DNA of 64,000 nt from Candidatus Kaiserbacteria bacterium CG10_big_fil_rev_8_21_14_0_10_59_10 (GCA_002773285.1 PFBM01000021.1:14312-78311), one strand, 5' to 3'; positions 8,990-17,427 are shown, numbered from the stretch's first letter. Numbers and translations: made by a program. The notes: generated by a model not told the origin, from the letters alone.

Positions 8990-9973
8990 GTGCAAAGTTT
9001 TTGGGACAGTTTGCCCAGGCCCTTTTTCGCGCAGGCGCCTATGGAGGATGTGACCGATGCCGCTTTCCGGCGCCTCATCGCGCGCGTCGGCAAGCCGGAC
9101 GTGATGTACTGCGAGTTCACTTCTGCCGACGGGCTTGTGTTCGCGGATGAGGCGGGGCGGACGAAGCTGCTGAAAAAGCTGGAGTACGACGACTCGGAGC
9201 GGCCGGTCGTCGCGCAGCTCTTCAGCGCCTCCCCTGAGAGAATGGAAAAAGGGGCGGCTATCGCGGCAGCGCGTGGTTTTGACGGCATCGATATAAACAT
9301 GGGTTGCCCTGATAGGTCCGTGGAGAAAAGCGGATGCGGCTCTGCGCTCATCAAGAATCCTGCGCTCGCGCGCGAGCTCTTACGAGCCGCGAAGCGGGGC
9401 GCAGCCGGCGTGCCCGTCTCGGTCAAGACGCGTATCGGCTATGCCGATAATGAGTTGCGCACATGGCTGCCGGAGCTTTTGGCGGAGGAACCGGCTGCGG
9501 TCGCGCTGCACGCGCGCACGCGCAATGAGCTGTCGCTTGTTCCGGCTCGATGGGAACATGTCGCCGAGGCCGTCGAGATCCGTGATGCGCTCGGCTCAAG
9601 CGCGCTTATCATCGGAAACGGTGACGCGCAGAGCGTTGACGATGCCCGGGAGCGATGCGCAGGGGCCGGCTGCGACGGCGCAATGCTCGGGCGTGCCATC
9701 TACGGCAATCCGTGGCTCTACGCGCGCCGCACGAGTGCGCCCACGCCTCGTGAGCGCATGGAGGCGCTCGCCGAGCACGTGCGCTTATTCGAGGAGATCA
9801 TGGGACAAACCACGAATTACGCAGTCATGAAGAAGCATTTCAAGGCGTACGTACACGGTTGGCAAGCGGGGGATGGTTTGCAAAGCGCGAAGGACATTCG
9901 AATGCGGCTTATGGAAACCGCGGCGCCGAGCGAGGCACGCGCCATTCTCGCGGATGCTATACTGCCGGCATGA
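8990..9973 (+). CDS. dus: tRNA-dihydrouridine synthase (probable GTG start at 8990)
   Basis: FFAQAPMEDVTDAAFRRL (APM..VTD motif). GFDGIDINMGCPDRSVEKSGCGSALIKNP (catalytic Cys region). Confidence 0.85.
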   Translation: MQSFWDSLPRPFFAQAPMEDVTDAAFRRLIARVGKPDVMYCEFTSADGLVFADEAGRTKLLKKLEYDDSERPVVAQLFSASPERMEKGAAIAAARGFDGIDINMGCPDRSVEKSGCGSALIKNPALARELLRAAKRGAAGVPVSVKTRIGYADNELRTWLPELLAEEPAAVALHARTRNELSLVPARWEHVAEAVEIRDALGSSALIIGNGDAQSVDDARERCAGAGCDGAMLGRAIYGNPWLYARRTSAPTPRERMEALAEHVRLFEEIMGQTTNYAVMKKHFKAYVHGWQAGDGLQSAKDIRMRLMETAAPSEARAILADAILPA

Positions 9974-11034
9974 AGAGAGGCACGTCGTCAGTCGCGCCGG
10001 CTCACGCGACGCTCTATCGCACCTACCGGCCTTCGGCATTTGAAGACGTGCGCGGCCAGGAGCACGTGGTGAGCGTTCTGCAAGCGGCGATTGCGAGCAA
10101 AAAACTCGCGCACGCGTACCTGTTTGTCGGCGGGAGAGGAACGGGAAAAACAACCGTGGCGCGCATTTTTGCACGCGAGCTCGGCGTAAGCGACAAGGAC
10201 CTCTACGAGATGGATGCGGCCTCGCACACGAGCGTTGAGGACGTTCGCGAGCTGCGCGAGGGTGTGAACGCGATGCCGTTCGAGTCGCCCTACAAGTTCT
10301 ACATAATCGATGAGGCTCACATGCTCTCGAAACAGGCCTGGAATGCATTCCTGAAAACGCTCGAGGAACCGCCTCCCCATGTGCTGTTCGTGCTCGCAAC
10401 GACCGAGCGAGACAAAGTGCCGGATACGATACAATCGCGCTGCGATGTCTATAGTTTCAGACCGCCGACGCGGGAGATGCTTGCGGAAGCCGTAACGACG
10501 GTTGCAAAAAAAGAGGGATACGCGCTGGAGCGCTCCGCTGCGGAGCTCGTCGCGCTGTTGGCGGAAGGGTCGTATCGCGATGCGCTTTCGATACTGCAAA
10601 AGGTCCTTACCGTGTCGAAGGACAAAAAAATTGACGTTACAGAAGTCGAAGCGGTCACCGGCGCGCCGCGCGGGGAGCTGGTACGCCAATTGCTGCGTGC
10701 AATGGCGGAAGCGAACGCGTCCGATGCGCTTCGCGCAGTGCAAGAGGCGGTTGCCGCGAATCTGGACGCGCGAACCCTGACAAAGCTTCTCATTCACCGA
10801 TTGCGCGTTGTAATTTTGCTGCGATTCGCGCCGGAGCTTGCAAGCGCATTCTCTAAAGAGCTTGCGGAGCCGGATATGGAACTTGCAACAGCGCTTTCCA
10901 AGAGTGCCGAGGTCACGTCTGACGCGCTTCGCGTGCTTCTGGATGCGTACGAGAGAATGGCCTACGCTGCCGTTCCGCACGTCCCGCTTGAGCTTGCGAT
11001 AGTGGACATATGCGGCGCGGCGGCGCAAGAGTAG
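9970..11034 (+). CDS. dnaX: DNA polymerase III subunit gamma/tau, short form (about 354 aa). ATG overlaps the dus stop (ATGA).
   Basis: YRPSAFEDVRGQEHVVSVLQAAIASKKLAHAYLFVGGRGTGKTTVARIFARELG (AAA+ clamp-loader Walker A). Cys-rich zinc module absent; domain III-like helical C-terminus. Confidence 0.85.
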   Translation: MKRGTSSVAPAHATLYRTYRPSAFEDVRGQEHVVSVLQAAIASKKLAHAYLFVGGRGTGKTTVARIFARELGVSDKDLYEMDAASHTSVEDVRELREGVNAMPFESPYKFYIIDEAHMLSKQAWNAFLKTLEEPPPHVLFVLATTERDKVPDTIQSRCDVYSFRPPTREMLAEAVTTVAKKEGYALERSAAELVALLAEGSYRDALSILQKVLTVSKDKKIDVTEVEAVTGAPRGELVRQLLRAMAEANASDALRAVQEAVAANLDARTLTKLLIHRLRVVILLRFAPELASAFSKELAEPDMELATALSKSAEVTSDALRVLLDAYERMAYAAVPHVPLELAIVDICGAAAQE

Positions 11035-11083
11035 GGCGCCCTGTCGGGCGCCCTTGCGCAATGCCGCGCTCACGCCGGCTCGC

Positions 11084-11521
11084 TCAGTATTTTTCGAGCA
11101 GCTTCACCCGAACGTCAGGCCCGGGAAAGCGTTGGCGCAGCTCCTCCTTGAACTTCTTGAGTCCTATCCGGAGCCGGCCATCTTTTCTCATTATGCAGTA
11201 GGCCGTCTCAAGCCCATTTATCTTTCGAAGCAGCTCGGCCAGGTCGCACAGCTGCGCCTCCGTAAGCGCGTACTCGGTTTTGCGCGCCGGCGGCATGGGG
11301 TCTGCAAGAGGCATCCTCTGCTCCAACCGCCTCCGCAGCGTTTCGAGCAGGGCGTCCCTTTTCCCGAGCGCGTAGATCTGGTCCGACCGTGCGGGAATCC
11401 CCCGGCTATGAAGCTCCTGGACGATACGCGGGGCCGGCACGCAGAGGTCCTTGGAGAGCATTCGGAAGATGCACCGCATAGCTTTCTCGCTATACTGCAA
11501 CTTATTAAGATGGATCGTCAT
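11084..11521 (-). CDS. Hypothetical protein (145 aa), convergent with dnaX
   Basis: ORF-track ORF. Moderately basic; no recognisable motifs. Confidence 0.4.
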   Translation of the reverse strand: MTIHLNKLQYSEKAMRCIFRMLSKDLCVPAPRIVQELHSRGIPARSDQIYALGKRDALLETLRRRLEQRMPLADPMPPARKTEYALTEAQLCDLAELLRKINGLETAYCIMRKDGRLRIGLKKFKEELRQRFPGPDVRVKLLEKY

Positions 11522-11635
11522 GGATCCCTCCTCTTCTCAGCGGCTAACGCATACATATACAACATGCGCGGAATAAAGCAATGAGTGCGTGCGTGTTCTT
11601 GTCCATATCAGCTTCGTCGTGCATCATGCTCATAT

Positions 11636-11706
11636 TCCGGGGTCGTCTAATGGTAGGACATCGCCCTTTGGAGGCGAGTATCTTGGTTCGAATCCAAGCC
11701 CCGGAA
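11636..11706 (+). tRNA. tRNA-Gln (anticodon TTG), no encoded CCA
   Basis: Cloverleaf read by eye: acceptor TCCGGGG/CCCCGGA; D-arm GTCT-AATGGTA-GGAC; anticodon stem TCGCC/GGCGA with loop CTTTGGA; variable GTAT; T-arm CTTGG-TTCGAAT-CCAAG; discriminator A. Confidence 0.8.
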
Positions 11707-11761
11707 TTGCTGCTTCATGCGCCGAACTGCGCATGCTCCGTTGAATCCGTATACTGCCAGC

Positions 11762-12589
11762 ATGCCAAGGTTCGCCACAGTCGAGAAGCGGGTGGGGGAA
11801 ACGCCTCTTCAAGCGCTCGAAGCGTACCGCGCGTCCCGCGCGGAGCTCGGGGACACTCCGATGGCATACGCTGGCCGGCTGGACCCGATGGCGAGCGGCA
11901 CGCTCCTTTTGCTTATCGGCGAGGAGTGCAAACGGGCCGACGCATACTTGAACCTTGATAAAGAGTACGAATTTGAGGTGCTGCTCGGGTACGAGAGCGA
12001 TAGCGGCGACGTATTGGGCATGCCGCGCGAGTGTGCCATCGGGCCGGACGTGAATGATAAAGCCGCGCAGCAGGCAGGCAGGCGGCTCATTGGCACGCAC
12101 GAACTGCCGTATCCCGCGTATTCCTCGAAGGCGGTCGGCGGCAAGGCGCTTTTTCAGCATGCGCATGATGAGACATTGCGGGACATAGAGATACCGACAC
12201 GGCGTATGCGTGTGTATCGAGTCGACTATCTTGGCAGCCGCACGCTATCGTCGACTACGCTGGTGAAGGAAATAATCGCCGATATCGAGCAACTGCATGT
12301 CACGCCGCAGCCGAAGGTGAAAGGGACTGATTTTCGAAAGGGCGAGATACTGGCTGCATGGAAGAATAGACGCCTGCCAGGGCGCACGTGCGTGCTCCTA
12401 AGGTACCGGGCTATTGTGTGCTCGGGCACGTACATACGCTCGCTTGCGCCTCTCGTCGCCCGGCATCTGGGTACGTGCGGACTTGCCCGCTCTATACATC
12501 GTACCGCTCTCGGCCGGTACTACTCGCCGCTCGGCATCGGCTATTGGCGTCCTCATTTCCGACATGCTCAGCGTAGACCCGCGATGTGA
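11762..12589 (+). CDS. truB: tRNA pseudouridine(55) synthase TruB-like
   Basis: GRLDPMASGTLLLLIGEECKRADAYLNLDKEYEFEVLLG (TruB catalytic Asp motif). Start at internal Met MPRFATV. Confidence 0.75.
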   Translation: MPRFATVEKRVGETPLQALEAYRASRAELGDTPMAYAGRLDPMASGTLLLLIGEECKRADAYLNLDKEYEFEVLLGYESDSGDVLGMPRECAIGPDVNDKAAQQAGRRLIGTHELPYPAYSSKAVGGKALFQHAHDETLRDIEIPTRRMRVYRVDYLGSRTLSSTTLVKEIIADIEQLHVTPQPKVKGTDFRKGEILAAWKNRRLPGRTCVLLRYRAIVCSGTYIRSLAPLVARHLGTCGLARSIHRTALGRYYSPLGIGYWRPHFRHAQRRPAM

Positions 12590-12682
12590 GACCTCGCGTG
12601 TTGCGGTGTGCTCCTGCTGTGCTATCCCCAGGTAGCGGTAGCGCATGGCTTTGGCAGCCGTAAAAGGCGCTATAGTGCGCGC

Positions 12683-13159
12683 ATGCAAAATACGCAGCAG
12701 ATGCTCCTTTTCCTGCTACGCGTCTTGATGGGATGGTTCTTGTTCTATGCGGGTATAACGAAAGTGCTGAACCCGGAGTGGTCGGCGGCGGGATTTCTGA
12801 ACAATGCCAAGACGTTTCCGGAGTTCTTCCAATTTTTCGCCACGCCGGCGGTATTGCCGCTGACAAATTTCCTCAACGAGTGGGGGCTTACGCTTATCGG
12901 CCTCGCGCTCATGCTGGGAGTCTTCGTACGCTTGAGCGCGATACTCGGCGCCGCGCTGATGGTTTTGTACTATTTCCCGACGCTTGATTTTCCGTATCCG
13001 TCCGTACACACCTTTATCGTAGACGACCACGTGATATATGCGGTCCTGCTCCTGTACCTGGCATGGGTGCGCGCAGGCCGCGTTGTGGGGCTTGAGAAGT
13101 GGCTTTCATCGCACCCTAAAATTATCGCTAATGTTCCTACACTGCGGCGCTTGATCTAA
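12683..13159 (+). CDS. DoxX family membrane protein
   Basis: LLRVLMGWFLFYAGITKVLNPEW and four predicted TM segments typical of DoxX. Confidence 0.7.
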   Translation: MQNTQQMLLFLLRVLMGWFLFYAGITKVLNPEWSAAGFLNNAKTFPEFFQFFATPAVLPLTNFLNEWGLTLIGLALMLGVFVRLSAILGAALMVLYYFPTLDFPYPSVHTFIVDDHVIYAVLLLYLAWVRAGRVVGLEKWLSSHPKIIANVPTLRRLI

Positions 13160-13187
13160 AGCGCGCAGCTTGATGGCACGGGGGAAT

Positions 13188-13213
13188 ACGCGCCCGCGGC
13201 GGGCGCCTTTTTG
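13188..13213 (+). terminator. Rho-independent terminator after the DoxX gene
   Basis: GC hairpin CGCGCCCGCGGCGGGCGC immediately followed by CTTTTTG. Confidence 0.5.
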
Positions 13214-13299
13214 CGGCGGGTGCGCATGGTGCTTAATCGGCACTACAGAAAGCGGCACGTATAGTGTCACATATACTCACCCGAATGGTCGGCCCATGT

Positions 13300-13632
13300 A
13301 TGAAAATAGAAATTTATTTCAATGATAAGGAACTGGAGCAGCGGGCGTCCTACGACCCGGAGGCGAGGGAGGAGCTAAGGAAGGCCGTCGCGGCAATTGC
13401 CATCTTGCACGCGCGGGATCTCGCTGAGGCGCGCGCACTGGACGAAAAATACGTGCCGCAGCTCGCAACGGCGGGGATGGGCGTGTTCGACCAGGCGTAC
13501 AATGTATACATGAAATATGGAGGCGTATTTGAAGAAACGACCGCGTTCGCGCCGTACTTCGGGTGGTGGGCGCGGCAGGCGATGATCGAGTATATCGGTT
13601 CGATACGCGCGCCAATCACGCGCGTAGAGTAA
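13300..13632 (+). CDS. Sigma-70 family N-terminal fragment (regions 1.2-2.2 only; possible pseudogene or remnant). Alternative upstream starts at 13264 and 13285.
   Basis: VFDQAYNVYMKYGGVFEETTAFAPYFGWWARQAMIEYIGSIRAPITRVE parallels the sigma-70 region 2.1/2.2 consensus ([26 protein letters not shown]...IRIPVHMVE). The ORF stops where region 2.3 would begin. Confidence 0.5.
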   Translation: MKIEIYFNDKELEQRASYDPEAREELRKAVAAIAILHARDLAEARALDEKYVPQLATAGMGVFDQAYNVYMKYGGVFEETTAFAPYFGWWARQAMIEYIGSIRAPITRVE

Positions 13633-13648
13633 GCAAAGCGAGGCCGTG

Positions 13649-14419
13649 CTAGTGTGCGAGGGTAGCGTAGACCACCAAGCGATGGTCATAGGTGCCGAGG
13701 CTGCGAACGTACGACCCCGCGCAGGTTATTACGTGCAGGTGTTTTCCGCCGTCGTTCCTGTTGAAGAGCATATCGGACGTCAGATCCGACAGACGGTGTG
13801 TCTTGGTATGCGTCACTACATACCGAAGCCGGCTGCCGTCTTCAGCTGTCACATATATCTCGTCGCCGGCCTTGACGCGGTGCAGCTCGGAAAACGCGGC
13901 ATATACGTGCGCTGCGAGCACCGCACTGCCCGTGTTGCCGGGCAGGACCCCGTACTTATACCAACCGACGTTATCGGTGCGCCCATCGGGCACATCCATG
14001 TCTCCCTTGTCGTTAATGCCGACCTGCTGGATGGGTGAATTGAGGCCGATGGCCGGCATCTGGACACGTACGGGATATGTGGAAGAGGTAGCGGATAGGG
14101 GTGACGGGCTTGAAGGAACCGGTGTCGCACTCACACCCTCCTCTACTTTTCCTTCCGGAACTGCTGCTCGTGCGACAGATAACGCGACCTCGAGCGTGCC
14201 GTTGGGTGGCGACGAGGCCCCATCCAAAGGCGGCTCGTGTGACGGAATCTCAGCGATGAATGGGGGCAGGTCTAGGGCAATGCCGGAGCGAGCATCATTG
14301 GTAGGAAGCGTTGCGCTGCCGCTACCGGGGTCAAGCAGCGCTGCGTGCGCGCTTGCACCTAGAACGGCGACGCATCCGCATGCAGCTAACAATAGTACTG
14401 TACGCATGAACCGATGCAT
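13649..14419 (-). CDS. Sortase-family transpeptidase (class E/F-like), N-terminal signal/TM
   Basis: Catalytic His in LAAHVYAAF, TLxTC-type Cys motif HVITCAGSY, conserved Arg in RLVVYA. Confidence 0.8.
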   Translation of the reverse strand: MHRFMRTVLLLAACGCVAVLGASAHAALLDPGSGSATLPTNDARSGIALDLPPFIAEIPSHEPPLDGASSPPNGTLEVALSVARAAVPEGKVEEGVSATPVPSSPSPLSATSSTYPVRVQMPAIGLNSPIQQVGINDKGDMDVPDGRTDNVGWYKYGVLPGNTGSAVLAAHVYAAFSELHRVKAGDEIYVTAEDGSRLRYVVTHTKTHRLSDLTSDMLFNRNDGGKHLHVITCAGSYVRSLGTYDHRLVVYATLAH

Positions 14420-14593
14420 TCTATGGGCACGCCATGTTCATGTCTATATCATTCATGAATCTGAAGAGCTCATGAACCTATGCGGCTACAAAAGCAGCAA
14501 AAAGGGTTTGCACTACGCGTGCGAACTCATCGATTGTCCACACCGCCTCCGGACACCTGCAGCGCTGTCGCGCACGCCGAAGCGCGCTATACT

Positions 14594-14884
14594 ATGCTGG
14601 TGGAAGATTTCTTGAAAATGGATATCTTTTTCGTAGTGACGACACTCGTCGTTGCGGTCTTAGGGCTTTTTGCCGCGATCGCCCTTTACTACGTAGTGCG
14701 CATTCTTCGCAATGTCGAGCATATATCACACAATGTCGCCGAGGAGAGTGATAACCTCCGCGCCGATATTGCACAGCTGCGCGAGCGCGTGCGCGCCGAG
14801 GGTTTTCGATTGAAGCACGTCGCCGCATTCGTTCGCTCGCTGTTCGGACGAGCGGCGCGCGTGGCAAAAAAGAAGCGCAAGTAA
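14594..14884 (+). CDS. Small single-TM protein with a C-terminal coiled-coil and basic tail (hypothetical)
   Basis: MLVEDFLKMDIFFVVTTLVVAVLGLFAAIALYYVV TM then a charged helix. TATACT -10-like box just upstream. Confidence 0.45.
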   Translation: MLVEDFLKMDIFFVVTTLVVAVLGLFAAIALYYVVRILRNVEHISHNVAEESDNLRADIAQLRERVRAEGFRLKHVAAFVRSLFGRAARVAKKKRK

Positions 14885-14958
14885 TTAATGCGGCTTTCAT
14901 GAGTTGCGCGTAATGCTGTAGTATTCTGAGAGTTATTAGTAACAGTATTACATCACCT

Positions 14959-15378
14959 ATGGTTAAGAAGCGTACGCAAAAAGCGATGGGGATAGGAGCG
15001 GGTCTCGCAGCGGCAGGCGCCGCGGCCGCCGCAGGGTACTATTTTTACGTGAGCAAGGACGCGGCGAAGCATCGTCGCGTTGCCGCGAAGTGGGCGAGTG
15101 GGTTCAAGAAAGAAGTCGTCAAGCAGGCGAAGGCGGTTAAGAACGTGAATAAGACCGCCGTGCTTGCGGCGGTGGATAAGGCGACAGAAATGTATACCAG
15201 GGCACGCAAAACCGATAGAGCGGATATTATGCGCGCTGCCGAGGAGCTGAAGAAAAACTGGCAGCGCGTCGCGCAAGAAGTGCAGGCAGCTGCCGAGAAA
15301 GGGGCTCGTTCCGCTCGCAAAACGGCAAAGAAGACGGCAAAGCGAACTACACGCAAGAAAACCGCAAAGCGCCGGTAA
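14959..15378 (+). CDS. Lys/Ala-rich basic protein with N-terminal hydrophobic segment and KKTAK-type C-terminal repeats (histone H1/AlgP-like low complexity)
   Basis: GIGAGLAAAGAAAAAGYYFY hydrophobic stretch; C-terminus RKTAKKTAKRTTRKKTAKRR. Confidence 0.5.
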   Translation: MVKKRTQKAMGIGAGLAAAGAAAAAGYYFYVSKDAAKHRRVAAKWASGFKKEVVKQAKAVKNVNKTAVLAAVDKATEMYTRARKTDRADIMRAAEELKKNWQRVAQEVQAAAEKGARSARKTAKKTAKRTTRKKTAKRR

Positions 15379-15482
15379 TGCAGCGGCTTTATAGCTTGGC
15401 ACCTGCGTGCGTATGCTTTACACACGGGGGTGGCGCGGGGCTCTTCGGCCTGCGCCCTCCCGTGCATGCCGTGGCACATTGA

Positions 15483-15680
15483 TCAGTTGTCCGGCGTCGG
15501 CGAGACCGGTGGAACTGTTATGTTCGGTGCCTGCGTTTCCGGCAGGTTTACATCTATGTTCGTGCGCTCTTCCTGCTGCCCCCATAGTGGCCCTCGCAGG
15601 AACCACACGAGGGCTCCGACGACGATGATAATAAGCAACACTATGAGCACTGTGTTGACGCCTGAGTTGTCTCTGTCCAT
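15483..15680 (-). CDS. Small membrane protein (65 aa, single TM, Pro/Thr-rich tail)
   Basis: VLIVLLIIIVVGALVWFL TM helix; short ORF only. Confidence 0.35.
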   Translation of the reverse strand: MDRDNSGVNTVLIVLLIIIVVGALVWFLRGPLWGQQEERTNIDVNLPETQAPNITVPPVSPTPDN

Positions 15681-15902
15681 ATAAGAACCGCGTATCTATG
15701 ATAAATAAAAGCGGATCTGCCCCGTGCGGTGCGCGGAACCCCGCATAGTGATGGTTGCACTACAAACTGAAGACGCCATGAAGTGCGGGCGTGCGCCACA
15801 GCTGCATATATCCGCTCAATATACCTTGCACAACGCCTGCGCCTCGTTCATATTTTGCACATTAACGCGCACGCACAATGCGGTGCGTTATGCATACTTT
15901 CT

Positions 15903-16277
15903 ATGATAGAAAGCGAGCAGCGGGGTAGACGTACCATTGACCTGGATGAGATCCGGGCATGGGCGGAGGAGCGCGGGGGAGTCCCCGCGATAGCCGAGCG
16001 CGCCAAAGATGCAGAAGGCGGAGACCTGCTACGCATCGTCTTTGATGACACGGAGAAACACGTGCGGGAAGTTCCCTGGGAAGATTTCTTCGCCGTGTTC
16101 GAGGCAAATAAGCTTGTGTTTGTATACGACGCTCCCGTGGCAGGAGAGCCGTTGAGCTTGGAGCACGAATTTGCTGAGCGCACGACTGCCGACATTGAGA
16201 GTGCGGAACCACTGGAAGAGTACGGCGAAGACGATTGGCTTGATGAGGGAGAAGAAGAGCTCGAGGAGCTGCTTTGA
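15903..16277 (+). CDS. Acidic hypothetical protein (about 124 aa, Glu/Asp-rich C-terminus)
   Basis: Internal Met of ORF-track ORF 15783..16277; coding-like composition; no family assigned. Confidence 0.45.
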   Translation: MIESEQRGRRTIDLDEIRAWAEERGGVPAIAERAKDAEGGDLLRIVFDDTEKHVREVPWEDFFAVFEANKLVFVYDAPVAGEPLSLEHEFAERTTADIESAEPLEEYGEDDWLDEGEEELEELL

Positions 16278-16397
16278 GGGATTCACCCCTCTTTCACCGC
16301 GGGGCCGGCATACTTATCGTCAGGTCGATGTTACGAGCCAAACAAGATTTGAGCTAGTGACATGATTACAAACTCGTCACACGAACGTTAACCGCAG

Positions 16398-16655
16398 ATG
16401 ATCCGTATGACCATGCTCAAAAGAATTATAAGCGTGTCTGCTCCTCTTGCAGCCCTTGCAGCCGCGGGTATTGCGAATGCGCAAACAGCGACACAGACCG
16501 CGACCACAGCAACGCCTACACCCGGCATTCCGGAGACCGGCGTAGGCGGGGATATGGTGATGAATCTTGTCCTATTGGGCGCAGCAGCGCTCATAGCAGG
16601 CGCAGGCGCCATGTACCTGTATGTGACGCGCTCGCGCGGGGCAGACAGGGTGTAG
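16398..16655 (+). CDS. Mini sortase substrate: signal peptide + Thr/Ala/Pro-rich 15-aa stalk + IPETG sorting motif + TM + RSRG tail
   Basis: MIRMTMLKRIISVSAPLAALAAAGIANA signal; QTATQTATTATPTPG stalk; IPETG; GVGGDMVMNLVLLGAAALIAGAGAMYLYV hydrophobic; TRSRGADRV positive tail. Sits 32 nt upstream of a sortase gene. Confidence 0.6.
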   Translation: MIRMTMLKRIISVSAPLAALAAAGIANAQTATQTATTATPTPGIPETGVGGDMVMNLVLLGAAALIAGAGAMYLYVTRSRGADRV

Positions 16656-16686
16656 CCATGATCGTTAGCCCGGCGTCTGCGCGCGT

Positions 16687-17427
16687 ATGAGGATACGTAC
16701 GCACAGCAGAGAAGTGGCAGCGGCAGTTCTTGCCGCTGCCATTCTCGTAGGAGGCACGGCGGCGGTCCGCACGCTGCTGGTTCTGCCTGCCTCGGCGCTT
16801 CTCGTGCCGTACCCAACGGAAGCTCATGAGAAGAACGACGCGTTCGGGCTCATACGGTTTGTTACAGAGACAGCAACGCCGTTTAGCGGTGCGCAAGGCG
16901 CGTCGCGAGCGGAGAGACCGTTCCGGGCGCGGCCGGCTGCCTCAGAGAGGAATGGCGCATCGGAGGCGATGGGAACGGCGCAGCCCATGCGGCTCCAAAT
17001 ACCGCATATACGAGTCGACGCGCCGGTCGTGAGGGTCGGCATCAACGGGGTTGGCAATATGGCAACGCCATCGTCGTTCAGCGAGGTCGGCTGGTATCGG
17101 CATGGCCCGCGACCCGGCGAGCCGGGAAGCGCCGTCCTTGCCGGGCATGTAGACAATGCACTCGGGTTTCCCGGCGTCTTTAAGAGATTGGGTGAGTTGC
17201 GGGAAGGAGATGTGCTGTATATCACTGTGGCTGATGGCACTGCTCTGCGATTTGTTGTCGCCTCTGTGGAAACGCATCCATATAATGACGCACCTACGAA
17301 CGAGATTTTTTCGACGGGCGGCGCGCCGCGTGTCACGCTTATCACCTGTGCCGGCTCCTGGCTGCGCAGTGCCGGCACATACGATACGCGGCTCGTCGTC
17401 ACGGCATACTTGGCGGATGATAAGTAA
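16687..17427 (+). CDS. Sortase-family transpeptidase (paralog of 13649..14419)
   Basis: LAGHVDNA (His), TLITCAGSW (Cys), RLVVTA (Arg). N-terminal TM anchor. Confidence 0.8.
   Translation: MRIRTHSREVAAAVLAAAILVGGTAAVRTLLVLPASALLVPYPTEAHEKNDAFGLIRFVTETATPFSGAQGASRAERPFRARPAASERNGASEAMGTAQPMRLQIPHIRVDAPVVRVGINGVGNMATPSSFSEVGWYRHGPRPGEPGSAVLAGHVDNALGFPGVFKRLGELREGDVLYITVADGTALRFVVASVETHPYNDAPTNEIFSTGGAPRVTLITCAGSWLRSAGTYDTRLVVTAYLADDK

Noticed and set aside
9988-11073. 361-aa minus-strand ORF opposite dnaX
   Set aside because: Arg-rich junk translation. dnaX on the plus strand has clear AAA+ motifs. Long antisense ORFs are expected at about 65% GC.
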